Shown: one piece after another, positions 1-10,011 of the stretch
How positions within the stretch are numbered: position 1 is the first letter of the stretch
How the letters are laid out: every line of letters starts with the position of its first letter
From: Anaerolineae bacterium
GTDB taxonomy: Bacteria; Chloroflexota; Anaerolineae; B4-G1; DUEL01
Assembly: GCA_041082215.1 (NCBI GenBank)
Contig: JBDOIF010000148.1
Coordinates: 1 to 59,988, forward strand
Direction: 5' to 3'
Length of the DNA: 59,988 nucleotides
Notes under the pieces: model-generated
What the model was told of the DNA's origin: nothing
Database searches by the model: none
Seen by the model: the letters and a program-made list of their open reading frames with translations, nothing else
Position numbers and translations under genes: made by a program

Positions 1-726
1 GGAGCCAGATACAACATCAAGATCAACACCATCGCCCCCATCGCCGCCACCCGCCTCACCCAGGATATCCTCCCACCCGACCTCCACGACCGCCTCACCC
101 CAGACTTCGTCTCCCCACTCGCCCTCTACCTCTGCTCCGAACAGTGCACCGACACCGGGCTGGTGATCAATGCCGGAGGGGGCTTTTTCAGCCGCGCGGC
201 GGTGGTGGCCCCTCCGGGCGTTCTGCTCAGCCAGCAGGAACCTCCCACCGTCGAGGAGATCCACCGGCACTGGGCTGAGATCGACAGCCTCAGAGGGGCA
301 CGGGAGTATCCCGATGCGAACGCGGCGCTGATGGCGATGCTGACGGCGGAGAGACGGGCGGAAGGGGAGACGCGGGGACGCGGTGAGGAGGAGACGCAGG
401 AACGCGGCGGCACGGTGAGGGAAGTGTTTGCGGGATTGGCGGAGCGGTTCCGGGCAGACAAGGCCGCCGGAGTGGATGTGGTGTTCCAGTTCTCCATCTC
501 CGGCCCGGGCGGCGGGGATTGGTTTGTTGTCGTCAAAGACCAGACCTGCACCGTGCAGGAAGGGGTGCACGAACGGCCCACGACCACCCTGAAAATGGCC
601 GAGGCGGACTTCCTGGCGCTGGTCGCAGGGAAACTGCCCGCTATGCAGGCCTTTTCCACCGGCAAGCTGAAGATCGAGGGCGACCTGATGAAGTCGCAGT
701 TGGTGCAGAAGCTGTTTGGGTTGTGA
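1..726 (+). CDS. 5'-truncated MFE-2-like short-chain dehydrogenase with C-terminal SCP2 sterol-carrier domain
   Basis: Frame 1 is open from base 1 (GARYNIKINTIAPIAATRLT...PDFVSPLALYLCSE), typical of the MFE-2 SDR C-terminus. It ends in an SCP2 domain (AMQAFSTGKLKIEGDLMKSQ). Confidence 0.85.
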   Translation, partial: GARYNIKINTIAPIAATRLTQDILPPDLHDRLTPDFVSPLALYLCSEQCTDTGLVINAGGGFFSRAAVVAPPGVLLSQQEPPTVEEIHRHWAEIDSLRGAREYPDANAALMAMLTAERRAEGETRGRGEEETQERGGTVREVFAGLAERFRADKAAGVDVVFQFSISGPGGGDWFVVVKDQTCTVQEGVHERPTTTLKMAEADFLALVAGKLPAMQAFSTGKLKIEGDLMKSQLVQKLFGL

Positions 727-747
727 GACGCCAAAGGAGGAGCAAGC

Positions 748-1956
748 ATGGCCACAGGAATTCGCGACAAGGTGGCGATTATCGGGATGGGCTGCACCCG
801 GTTCGGTGAGCGGTGGGACGTGGGGGCCGAGGAGTTGATGGTCGAGGCGTTCGAGGAGGCGCTGAAGGACGCAGGGGTTGAGCGGACCGAGATCCAGGCT
901 GCCTGGCTGGGTACATGCTTTGAGGAGATCAGCTTTGGCAAAAGCGCCCTTCCCCTTTCGCTGACCCTGCGGCTGCCCAGGATCCCCGTCACCCGCGTCG
1001 AGAACTACTGCGCTACCGGCACCGAGGCCTTCCGTGGAGCCGTCTACGCCGTCGCCTCCGGCGCCTGCGACATCGCCCTGGCCCTGGGGGTGGAGAAGCT
1101 CAAGGACATCGGCTACGGAGGGCTTCCCAACTGGGGGGCCAGCGCCGGCACCCTCACCTGGCAGTGGATGCCCAACGTCACCGCGCCGGGGGCCTTTGCC
1201 CAGCTGGCTACCGCCTACGCCGCCCGATACAGCATCCCTATGGAAGAGCTGCGGCGGGCGCTGGCCCACATCTCCGCCAAGAGCCACGCCAACGGGGCCC
1301 GCAACCCCAAGGCCCATCTGCGGCAGGAGATCACTATCGAGCAGGCGCTGTCCGCCCCCATCGTCGCCTACCCGCTGGGGCTGTTCGATTGCTGTGGGGT
1401 GAGCGATGGGGCCGCCTGCGCCATCGTCGCCACGCCGGACGTGGCCCGCGGCCTGGGCAAAAAGGACTTCGTCACCGTCAAGGCCCTCCAGCTGGCCCTT
1501 TCCAGCGGGGAGGAGATGGGCTACAACGCCTGGGACGGAACCCACTTCGTCACCACCTCCAAATGTAGCACCGAGGCCTACAAGGAGGCGGGCATCACCA
1601 ACCCGCGGGAAGAGATCAGCATGATGGAGGTCCACGACTGTTTCTCCATCACCGAGCTGGTGACAATGGAGGACCTCCACATCTCCGAGCGGGGACAGGC
1701 GATCAGGGACGTGCTGGACGGCTTCTTCGACCTGGACGGGAAGATCCCCTGTCAGCCCGATGGGGGCCTTAAGTGCTTCGGTCATCCCATCGGCGCCTCC
1801 GGCCTGCGGATGCTCTATGAAATGTACCTGCAACTGCAGGGCCGGGCCGGCGAGCGGCAGATCCCGAACCCCCGCTATGGCCTCACCCACAACCTGGGGG
1901 GAATGCCGTATATGAACATCTGCAGCATTGCCATTGTGGGCAGGTATGGGGAGTAA
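748..1956 (+). CDS. SCP-x-type thiolase (acetyl-CoA acyltransferase)
   Basis: Motifs ENYCATG, EVHDCF and GHPIGASG. RBS AGGAGG upstream. Confidence 0.9.
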   Translation: MATGIRDKVAIIGMGCTRFGERWDVGAEELMVEAFEEALKDAGVERTEIQAAWLGTCFEEISFGKSALPLSLTLRLPRIPVTRVENYCATGTEAFRGAVYAVASGACDIALALGVEKLKDIGYGGLPNWGASAGTLTWQWMPNVTAPGAFAQLATAYAARYSIPMEELRRALAHISAKSHANGARNPKAHLRQEITIEQALSAPIVAYPLGLFDCCGVSDGAACAIVATPDVARGLGKKDFVTVKALQLALSSGEEMGYNAWDGTHFVTTSKCSTEAYKEAGITNPREEISMMEVHDCFSITELVTMEDLHISERGQAIRDVLDGFFDLDGKIPCQPDGGLKCFGHPIGASGLRMLYEMYLQLQGRAGERQIPNPRYGLTHNLGGMPYMNICSIAIVGRYGE

Positions 1957-2028
1957 GAGACGGAACACGGAATACGGATTTCGTGCTACATATTGCGTAT
2001 TCCGTAGTGCGTAAGGAACGGCTTGCAG

Positions 2029-2352
2029 ATGGAGTACGCTCATCCGAAGCTGAACCAGCCCGTGACGGCCATCGGCGGGGAATATGTCCTCGTCAAAGAA
2101 GAGCGGCTGCCGTTCCGGGGCCGGGAGGTGCTGTACCTGATGGGCCACGTCGTCTTCAATACTTCCTGCTGCGGGATCGGCGGGTACGGCTACGCCCTGG
2201 TGCCGGGATTCGTGCTGGAGTGGAAAGTATATGCCGACGGGCAGGGCCGCCCCGTCAGCCGGGTCGAACCGATCCGGGACGAGGCTGCCCGCCGGGAGGT
2301 GGCTCAGGCGATCCGGCGACGGGAACCCGTCCACCAGGTGGAGTTCCTGTGA
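2029..2352 (+). CDS. Hypothetical protein with SCCG motif
   Basis: Co-oriented ORF inside the cluster with AAGGA upstream. No family recognised. Confidence 0.65.
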   Translation: MEYAHPKLNQPVTAIGGEYVLVKEERLPFRGREVLYLMGHVVFNTSCCGIGGYGYALVPGFVLEWKVYADGQGRPVSRVEPIRDEAARREVAQAIRRREPVHQVEFL

Positions 2353-2465
2353 TCAGAAACTCTCCCCATAAATACGGGGAACGCGGGTCTCTCCTTTGAG
2401 ACCATCTGGCTTCCGGGCGCTTCATAGCTGGAAAGCTTTTCTACAAGGAAAGGAGGGAGGATCAA

Positions 2466-4208
2466 ATGGAAAGGCCCTGGCTGAAGCATTACGATGAATG
2501 GGTGCCGCCGACGCTTGACTATCCTCCCATCCCGCTCGACCGCTTCCTGACCCACTCGGCAGCCAAACACCCCAATCATACGGCCACCATCTTCGGGGCG
2601 ATGGTCGGCTCCCGGCTGATGGATGCCAGACTGACCTACCGTCAACTGGACGAAGCGGTGAACCGCTTTGCCGCAGGCCTGCAACGGATGGGCGTCGGCA
2701 AAGGCGACCGCGTGGCGATCATGCTGCCCAATTGCCCCCAGTTCATCATCGCTGCCTACGCCACCTGGCGCATCGGCGGCATCGTCGTCTGCTGCAACCC
2801 CCTCTATGTGGCCCGGGAGGTCAGACATCTGGTGGAGGATTCCGGTGCGGAAACCTTTGTGGTGATGAGCAGCCTCTATGAGCGAATCAAATCCATCCGC
2901 GCCGAAACCCCGCTCAGACGGGTGATCGTCACCAACATCAAAGAATACTTCCCTCCCCTGCTCAGGTTTCTTTTCACCCTGACCAAAGAGAAGAAGGAGG
3001 GCCACAGGGTGGACATCTCTGCCGACCCGAACACCTACTGGTTCCAGGATGTCCTCCGGAAGGCCCCCGCCTCCCCCGAACCGGTGGAGATCAACCCGGA
3101 AGAGGTCGCCACGCTGATCTACACCGGTGGCACTACCGGCATCCCGAAGGGGGCCCAGCTCACCCATCGCAACCTGGTCTCCAACGCCTACACCCTCAAC
3201 ATCTGGGCCAGGAGCAAAGAGGCGGAGGATGTGATCCTGGCAGTGATGCCCTACTTCCACTCCTACGGCCTGACAGTGGGGATGAACACTCCCATCGCCA
3301 ACGCGCTGACCATCGTCGTGATCCCCAACCCCCGCGATATGGTCCACGTCCTCACCTCCATCCAGACCTACCGGGTCACCTACTACCCCGGCGTGCCGAC
3401 GATGTTTGTGGGATTCCTCAACCACCCCCGGCGGGACCAGTTCGATCTGAGCTCCCTCCGCTTTGCCGTCAGCGCCGCCGCCCCCCTCCCCCCAGAGGTG
3501 CAGCAACAGTTCGAAGCGGTCACCGGCGGCATAATGGTCGAAGCCTACGGCCTCACTGAGACCGGCCCGGCAGCCACAATGGACCCCATCGGCCATCCCC
3601 GCCCTCGCTCCATTGGCGTACCGCTGCCAGATACCGACCTGAAGATCGTAGACGTGGAGACAGGCGAGCAGGAACTGCCCCAGGGGGAAATCGGCGAGAT
3701 CATTATCAAAGGCCCCCAGGTGATGAAGGGGTATTGGAAGATGCCCACTGAGACGGCCAACGCTCTCCGCACCGGCCCCGACGGCCAGCCGGGATGGTTC
3801 TTCTCCGGCGACCTGGGCTATATGGACGAAGACGGCTATTTCCACATTGTGGACCGCAAGAAGGACCTGATCATCTGCGGCGGCTACAACGTCTACCCCG
3901 CCGAGGTGGAAGCGGTGCTGTACGAGCACCCCAAGGTCAAGGAGGCGGCGATCGTCGGTGTGCCGGACATGACCCGTGGGGAGACGGTGAAGGCGTACAT
4001 CGTCCTGAAGGAAGGGGAGACGGCCACAGAGGAGGAAATCATCGCCTTCTGCCGGGAACGGATGGCAGCCTACCGGGTGCCGCGCATCGTCGAATTCCGC
4101 GACGAACTCCCCAAGTCCATCATCGGCAAAGTGCTGCGCCGGATGCTGAGGGAGGAGGAAAGGGAAGAGGCGAGGAGCAAGAGGCAGGAAGCGGGGAGCG
4201 AGAGATAG
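2466..4208 (+). CDS. Long-chain fatty acid-CoA ligase
   Basis: AMP-binding motif YTGGTTGIPKG, plus EAYGLTE, SGDLG...VDRKKD and PKSIIGK. Confidence 0.92.
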   Translation: MERPWLKHYDEWVPPTLDYPPIPLDRFLTHSAAKHPNHTATIFGAMVGSRLMDARLTYRQLDEAVNRFAAGLQRMGVGKGDRVAIMLPNCPQFIIAAYATWRIGGIVVCCNPLYVAREVRHLVEDSGAETFVVMSSLYERIKSIRAETPLRRVIVTNIKEYFPPLLRFLFTLTKEKKEGHRVDISADPNTYWFQDVLRKAPASPEPVEINPEEVATLIYTGGTTGIPKGAQLTHRNLVSNAYTLNIWARSKEAEDVILAVMPYFHSYGLTVGMNTPIANALTIVVIPNPRDMVHVLTSIQTYRVTYYPGVPTMFVGFLNHPRRDQFDLSSLRFAVSAAAPLPPEVQQQFEAVTGGIMVEAYGLTETGPAATMDPIGHPRPRSIGVPLPDTDLKIVDVETGEQELPQGEIGEIIIKGPQVMKGYWKMPTETANALRTGPDGQPGWFFSGDLGYMDEDGYFHIVDRKKDLIICGGYNVYPAEVEAVLYEHPKVKEAAIVGVPDMTRGETVKAYIVLKEGETATEEEIIAFCRERMAAYRVPRIVEFRDELPKSIIGKVLRRMLREEEREEARSKRQEAGSER

Positions 4209-4221
4209 AACGGAGGTCCGT

Positions 4222-5742
4222 ATGACCGAGAAGTACGACGCCGTCGTGGTCGGCGCGGGGCTGGGAGGGCTTTCGGCGGCGACAATGCTGGCCCGCAACG
4301 GCCTGCGGGTGCTCCTTCTGGAGCGACACAACATCCCCGGCGGGTACGCCACCAGCTTCGTCCGCGGCCGGTACGAGTTCGAGGTCGCCCTGCACGAACT
4401 CTCCGGCATCGGTCCGCCGGAGCGGAGGGGAGGCCTCTACCGGTACCTGGAATACCTGGGCGTCGCCGACAGGGTGGAGTTCCTCACCGTGCCCCACCTC
4501 TATCGCTCCGTCTTCCCCAACCTGGATGTGACGCTGCCGATGGGGCGCGAGCCTTTCGAGGCCCGGCTCTGTGAGACCTTCCCCCACGAGGCCCGGGGGA
4601 TCCGCCGCTTCCTGAAGCGGGTCTTCGACCTGGGCCAGGACTTCGGCCGTGTGGTCCGCCAGCGGGGAGCGGTTCACCCCCTTACAATGCCCTTCCGCTT
4701 CCCCCACCTCTTCCGCTACCTGCCCACCACCTGGGGGCAGGTGCTGAACCGGGACGTGCGCGATCCGCTGGCGCGGGCAGTGATCTCCCAGTACTGGGGG
4801 TATGTGGGCCTGCCCCCCTCCCGCATCTCCTTCCTGTACTTTGCTGTCACCCTTGCCGCTTACGTGCTGCGAGGGGCTGCCTTCCCCAGAGGCCGCTCCC
4901 AGGCCTTATCCAACGCCTTCCTTGCCACCTTCGAAGAGCTTGGCGGAGAGAGCCGCTTCAACTGCCCTGTCCGTCGCATCCTCACCGAGAACGGCCGTGT
5001 CGTCGGCGTGGTCACCGAAGAGGGGGAGGAGGTCCAGACCAACTGGGTCGTCTCCAATGCCGACCCCATCACCACCTGTCGGGACCTGATCGGGGTGGAT
5101 AAAGTGCCCTCTTCTTTCTTCGCGAACCTCCAATCCAGCGAGATCGCCCCCTCCACCGTCAACGTCTACCTGGGCGTGGCCCGCTCGCCGGAGGCGCTGG
5201 GCCTTGCCGAGCACGAAATCTTCATCAACAGCGACCCCGATTTCGACCGTCACTACGAAGCGATGCAGGCCCTCGGGCCGGTGCCCGCCATCGCCCTCAC
5301 CTGCTACAACATCGTCTACCCGGAGGTCTCCCCGCCGGGCACCTCTGTTGTCGTGCTGACTGCCCTCTCCTACGGCCAGCCCTGGTACGATGTACCCCCC
5401 GAGGCCTATGTGGAGACCAAAAACCGGGTCGCCGAGGCGATGATCCAGCTGGCGGAGCGGGTCGCGCCGGGCCTGCGGGAGCACGCCGAAGTTGTGGAGG
5501 TCTCCACCCCCATTACCAATATGCGCTACGCCGGGACGATGGGGGGAAGCATTTACGGCTTCAATCAACCCCCCCGCGACAATATGGTATGGCGGATGGG
5601 CCACCGTGGGCCGGTGGAAGGGCTGTACTTCGTCGGCGCCTGGACCCGGCCGGGCGGCGGCTTCGAGCCGTGTGTGATGTCCGGCCAGATGGCCGCTGGC
5701 GCGATCCTGCACCGGATTAAAAAGGAACGGGAGGGGGCATAA
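4222..5742 (+). CDS. FAD-dependent oxidoreductase, phytoene desaturase/retinol saturase (CrtI/CrtH-like) family
   Basis: N-terminal GAGLGG...LLERHNIPGGY, C-terminal GSIYG and GLYFVGAWTRPGGG. Confidence 0.85.
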   Translation: MTEKYDAVVVGAGLGGLSAATMLARNGLRVLLLERHNIPGGYATSFVRGRYEFEVALHELSGIGPPERRGGLYRYLEYLGVADRVEFLTVPHLYRSVFPNLDVTLPMGREPFEARLCETFPHEARGIRRFLKRVFDLGQDFGRVVRQRGAVHPLTMPFRFPHLFRYLPTTWGQVLNRDVRDPLARAVISQYWGYVGLPPSRISFLYFAVTLAAYVLRGAAFPRGRSQALSNAFLATFEELGGESRFNCPVRRILTENGRVVGVVTEEGEEVQTNWVVSNADPITTCRDLIGVDKVPSSFFANLQSSEIAPSTVNVYLGVARSPEALGLAEHEIFINSDPDFDRHYEAMQALGPVPAIALTCYNIVYPEVSPPGTSVVVLTALSYGQPWYDVPPEAYVETKNRVAEAMIQLAERVAPGLREHAEVVEVSTPITNMRYAGTMGGSIYGFNQPPRDNMVWRMGHRGPVEGLYFVGAWTRPGGGFEPCVMSGQMAAGAILHRIKKEREGA

Positions 5743-6914
5743 TGGCGCCGGAGTTCCTCTACTGGCTGCAAGATGTCTTTGCGTACCTGCGGGTCGCCCG
5801 GGAGCGGCGTCGGCTCCGCCAGCCGGGCCATGGCTTTGACTACACCCGGGACCGGGATACGGTCCACCGTATTGTCTCCCGCATCCACCCCCAGAGGATG
5901 CGGCTGCGGGTGGTCGAGGTGGTGCAGCAGACCCCCACCAGCAAGACCTTTCGTCTGGAGCGGACCGATGGCCCGCTTCCCCCCTTCCGTCCCGGGCAGT
6001 ATGTCAACCTCTTTGTGGACGTGGACGGGGTGCTGACCAGCCGGCCCTACAGCATCGCCTCACGACCGGGCAGCCCCTACCTGGAACTGACGGTGCGGGA
6101 TAAACCGGGCGGCTTCGTCGCTCCCTACCTGCTCAGCCAGATCGAGGCAGGCGACGAACTGGAGTCCTCCGGCCCCGCTGGCCACTTCTACCACGAGCCT
6201 CTCATAGACGGGAACGACCTGGTCTTCCTGGCCGGAGGAAGCGGCATCACGCCGTTTATGAGCATCATCCGCGACGCACTCCACAACAACCGGCCTCTTC
6301 AGATCCATCTCCTCTATGGCAGCCGCTCCCCCGACGACGTCATCTACGGCGAAGAGCTGGCCGAACTGGCCGCCCGCCACCCCAACTTTCGCTACACCCT
6401 GGTCATCTCCGAGCCACCGCCGGGATATGAGGGCCTCACCGGCTTTCTGGACGCCGATCGGATCCGGGAGCAGGTGGGGGATGTGAGGGGCAAGACCTTC
6501 TACATCTGTGGTCCTGCCGTGATGTACGATTTCTGCACGACCGCCCTGGAGAGGCTGGGGGTGCCGCCCCACCGAATCCGACGGGAGCTATATGGCCCCC
6601 CCGACGACGTGACGAAAGAGCCGGGCTGGCCGGAGGGGCTGGCCGCGGACACCCTCTTTGAGGTGGAGGTGGTTGGTCGGGGCACCGTCCGCGCTATGGC
6701 TGGCGAGCCGCTGTTGAACACGCTGGAGCGATACGGCTTCCTTGTGCCGGCCCTCTGCCGCTCCGGAGCGTGCAGCGCCTGCCGACTCCGCCTCCTCTCC
6801 GGCCGCGTCTTCAGCCCCGCCCATGCCACCCCGCGCGAGGCGGACCGGCTGTATGGCTACATCCATGCCTGTGTCAGCTACCCGCTGGAGGATCTGAGGA
6901 TCCGACTGCCCTGA
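5742..6914 (+). CDS. FAD/NAD(P)H ferredoxin reductase with C-terminal 2Fe-2S domain
   Basis: Motifs RPYSI, AGGSGITP, YICGP and CRSGACSAC...C. Start overlaps the upstream stop (TAATG). Confidence 0.9.
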   Translation: MAPEFLYWLQDVFAYLRVARERRRLRQPGHGFDYTRDRDTVHRIVSRIHPQRMRLRVVEVVQQTPTSKTFRLERTDGPLPPFRPGQYVNLFVDVDGVLTSRPYSIASRPGSPYLELTVRDKPGGFVAPYLLSQIEAGDELESSGPAGHFYHEPLIDGNDLVFLAGGSGITPFMSIIRDALHNNRPLQIHLLYGSRSPDDVIYGEELAELAARHPNFRYTLVISEPPPGYEGLTGFLDADRIREQVGDVRGKTFYICGPAVMYDFCTTALERLGVPPHRIRRELYGPPDDVTKEPGWPEGLAADTLFEVEVVGRGTVRAMAGEPLLNTLERYGFLVPALCRSGACSACRLRLLSGRVFSPAHATPREADRLYGYIHACVSYPLEDLRIRLP

Positions 6915-6943
6915 AGCCCGAAACATCCGCCTCCCATATCCTT

Positions 6944-7086
6944 CAGGAGTTACGCACTTGCGACAGGTGAATAACTACAGAGGCACAGAGGGTGCGGAGA
7001 AACCCCGGGAAACCGCCGAATCTTCTGTAGAACTCTGTGTCCTCTGTGTCTCTGTGGTGAGAAAAGATTGAACTGCGTAAGTCCTG
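6944..7086. mobile_element. MITE-like element (143 bp)
   Basis: Terminal inverted repeats CAGGAGTTACGCA / TGCGTAAGTCCTG (1 mismatch in 13), flanked by the 5-bp direct repeat TCCTT (6939-6943 and 7087-7091). It encloses an ACAGAG palindromic repeat. Confidence 0.65.
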
Positions 7087-7106
7087 TCCTTGTTGAGGAG
7101 CCTGCT

Positions 7107-8102
7107 ATGTTCCAGACCCGTGTCACAAAACTGCTGGGGACCCGGTACCCGATCGTCGGCGGCTGCATGATGCACATCTCCGGGCCGGAATTCGTCGCCG
7201 CCATCTCCAATGCCGGCGCGCTGGGGATGATGGCCTCGGCGATGTTCCCCTCCCAGGAGGAGTTCCGCCAGGCCGTCCGCCGCTGCAAGGAGCTTACCGA
7301 CAAGCCCTTCGGCGTCAACCTGAGCCTCTTCCCGGCCCTGCGCCCCATAGACAACAACCTCTACGTCGAAGTGATCCTGGAGGAGGGGGTGCCGGTGGTG
7401 GAGACCAGCGGCCACCGCCCGCCGGAGGAGCTGCTGGCCCGGCTGAAGGAGGGCGGGGTGGTCACGATGCACAAGTGTGTCAGCATCCGCCACGCCCTCA
7501 GCGCCCAGCGGGCAGGGGTGGATGCGGTGACGGTCTTCGGCAGCGAGGGCGGAGGCCATATCGGCGAGCTGGGGTTGAGCACGCTGATCCTGATCCCTAT
7601 CGCCGCCGACGCGCTGGACATCCCGGTGCTGGCCGCCGGCGGCATCGCCGATGGGCGGGGGCTGCTGGCTGCGCTGGTCCTGGGAGCCGAGGGGGTCACC
7701 ATCGGCACCCGCCTCCTGCTCACGGAGGAATGCCCCATCCACCCCAACCTCAAGCGGGCGCTGGCCGAGGCCACCGAACTGGACACCCTCCCCATCCTCG
7801 GTTCCCTTCACAACACCCTCCGCGCCTGGAAGAACGAAGCCGCCCAGAAGGTAGCCGAGCTGGAGGGCCGGGGGGCGGAGATGTGGGAGGTCCTCTCCAT
7901 CGTCGCCGGAACACAGACGAAACGGATGTTTGAGGGAGGCGATGTAAACGCCGGGGTCCTGGCCTGCAGCCAGTCCATCGGCCTCATACGGGAGATCAAA
8001 CCCGTGGCCGACGTAATCCGGGGGATGGTGGAGGAGGCAGCAGCGATCCTGAACGGCCTGGAGGGTTGTGAAAGACCCGGATGGCCTCAGCAAGTAAGTT
8101 AA
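7107..8102 (+). CDS. Nitronate monooxygenase/FabK-like flavoenzyme
   Basis: Motifs YPIVGGCM, PFGVN, EGGGH, AAGGIADGRG and IGTR. RBS GAGGAG before ATG 7107. Confidence 0.85.
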   Translation: MFQTRVTKLLGTRYPIVGGCMMHISGPEFVAAISNAGALGMMASAMFPSQEEFRQAVRRCKELTDKPFGVNLSLFPALRPIDNNLYVEVILEEGVPVVETSGHRPPEELLARLKEGGVVTMHKCVSIRHALSAQRAGVDAVTVFGSEGGGHIGELGLSTLILIPIAADALDIPVLAAGGIADGRGLLAALVLGAEGVTIGTRLLLTEECPIHPNLKRALAEATELDTLPILGSLHNTLRAWKNEAAQKVAELEGRGAEMWEVLSIVAGTQTKRMFEGGDVNAGVLACSQSIGLIREIKPVADVIRGMVEEAAAILNGLEGCERPGWPQQVS

Positions 8103-8113
8103 GGAGGATACCT

Positions 8114-9955
8114 ATGAACACAGCAGAACTTTTCACCGCCAGGCAGTCCAGCAGGGTTGTCCTGGCCTTTGTCCTCTGCCTGGTCTTGCTGATCGGCGCG
8201 GTGGCGCTTGCCTGGCTGGTGCAGAGGGATTTTGGCCGGGTCGAGGTCTCCAACGTCACCTACCCCAACTACAACGGCATCCTCGTCCGCGCCAAACTGC
8301 TCCGACCCAACGACGCCACACCTTCCAACCCGATGCCGGGGATCGTCTACATCCACGGCTATCAGAACAACCGGGAGACCAGCGATGCCTACTGCATCGA
8401 GCTGGCGCGGAGAGGCTTCGTCGTCCTCAACATTGACGCCATCGGACGGGGCAACTCCGGCATCCCCAATGACCCCGCCGACCCCGACTTCGACAAGACC
8501 TACGGCGGCCGCACGTCGCTGGCGTACCTGAAGGCCCTGCCCTTTGTGGATCCCAACCGGGTGGGCTTGATGGGCCATAGCCTGGGCGCAGAGATGGCCT
8601 ACACCATCGCCCTGGGGGATCCCACGGTTCGGGCGCTGGTGATCTCCGGCTTCGCCTACACCACCGACGCCTCGCCGACGATGCCGAAGAACATGCTGAT
8701 GATCATCGGCCAGTACGACGAGTACCGGAAACGGATGACCGGTGTCAACGACATCGCGGCAGAATGGATGAGCAGCCCTCAGACGCGCAGCGCGATCCCC
8801 GTCCAGAACCCCCAGATCGGAGTGACCTACGGGGACTTTGCCCAGGGGACCGCACGGCAGGTCTTCGTGCCCAGGACCATCCACATCCTGGAATCCCACA
8901 GCCGGATCGCCATCGCCGAGGCTCTGCAATGGATGAAGAGCGCCCTCCAGCCCGACGAACAATACTGGATTGACCCTGCCCGCCAGATCTGGCCGATCAA
9001 GGAGTGGGCCACGCTGGTGGCTATGGCAGCCTGCTTCGCCAGCCTGCTGCCGCTGGCGCTTATTCTGCTGCGGACAGGGTTCTTCCGCTCCCTCCAGGGG
9101 CCTGCGGCCGGGACCTATTCCTGCTCCGGGCGAGCTTACCTCAAGCACGCCACCGTCAACGGGCTGCTGATGTGGCTCTACCTGCCGCTGATCTTCGCCC
9201 TTTTCGGCCTTCACGTCTATGTTATTCCCATTGACAGGGTCTTCCCGATGATGATGGTCAATGGGACCGTCTGGTGGTTCCTGTGGATCAACCTGTTCGG
9301 TTTCCTCATCTTCCGTCGGTGGTACAAACGACAGGCCCGAGAGCGCGGGCTCACACTGGCCGACCTGGGCATTTCCTATCGGCAGGACCGATTCGCGCTG
9401 GATTGGGGCCAGATCGGCAAGGCGGCCCTCCTGGCCGTGCTCCTCTTCGGCTTCGCCTATCTCTGCGAGTATATCCTGGAGCAGGTCTTCATCGTGGACT
9501 TTCGCTTCATCTTCCCCTTCGCCAGCGACCTCACTCCCTACCGGTGGCTGATGTTCCTGCTGTACTTCCCCTTCCTCCTCGTCGGTTTCGTCCTGCTGGG
9601 GTTTTTCCTCCACGGGCAACTCCGCCGGCCCAGGAAGGAGACCTGGCTGAGGACCTTCCTTTCCTGGTCGTTCTGGAACACCCTGGCGCTGGTCGCACCG
9701 CTGATCCTCTTTCTGATGGTACAGTACCTGCCTCTGCTGACGACCGGAGCTATCCCCTTCGTCGGCCCGGGAGGGATGCTCGCCTCCTTCACGATGAACC
9801 TCTTTCACATCATTGGCGTACTGATGATCACAACCCCCCTCTCGACCTGGCTCTATCAGCTCACCGGCCGGCCCTACGTCGGCGCGATCCTCAACGCCGC
9901 CATCGTCGCCTGGATGTTCACCTCCTCCCAGGTCATCGCGCCCATCCCGGTCTGA
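8114..9955 (+). CDS. Membrane-anchored alpha/beta hydrolase with polytopic C-terminal membrane domain
   Basis: HG oxyanion motif, GHSLG nucleophile elbow, about 8 C-terminal hydrophobic helices. RBS AAGGAGG. Confidence 0.85.
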   Translation: MNTAELFTARQSSRVVLAFVLCLVLLIGAVALAWLVQRDFGRVEVSNVTYPNYNGILVRAKLLRPNDATPSNPMPGIVYIHGYQNNRETSDAYCIELARRGFVVLNIDAIGRGNSGIPNDPADPDFDKTYGGRTSLAYLKALPFVDPNRVGLMGHSLGAEMAYTIALGDPTVRALVISGFAYTTDASPTMPKNMLMIIGQYDEYRKRMTGVNDIAAEWMSSPQTRSAIPVQNPQIGVTYGDFAQGTARQVFVPRTIHILESHSRIAIAEALQWMKSALQPDEQYWIDPARQIWPIKEWATLVAMAACFASLLPLALILLRTGFFRSLQGPAAGTYSCSGRAYLKHATVNGLLMWLYLPLIFALFGLHVYVIPIDRVFPMMMVNGTVWWFLWINLFGFLIFRRWYKRQARERGLTLADLGISYRQDRFALDWGQIGKAALLAVLLFGFAYLCEYILEQVFIVDFRFIFPFASDLTPYRWLMFLLYFPFLLVGFVLLGFFLHGQLRRPRKETWLRTFLSWSFWNTLALVAPLILFLMVQYLPLLTTGAIPFVGPGGMLASFTMNLFHIIGVLMITTPLSTWLYQLTGRPYVGAILNAAIVAWMFTSSQVIAPIPV

Positions 9956-10011
9956 GACGGGAGTCGCTGCCCCCCCGCAGCCCTGCGCCCTCCGACAAAG
10001 GAGCAGTACCG

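Noticed and set aside
9274..10011. Apparent long N-terminal extensions (ORFs from 9274, 10410, 33682, 57897)
   Set aside because: They overlap upstream genes in another frame. Internal starts at 10012, 10827, 34066 and 58041 give normal-length proteins, so these are not fusions.
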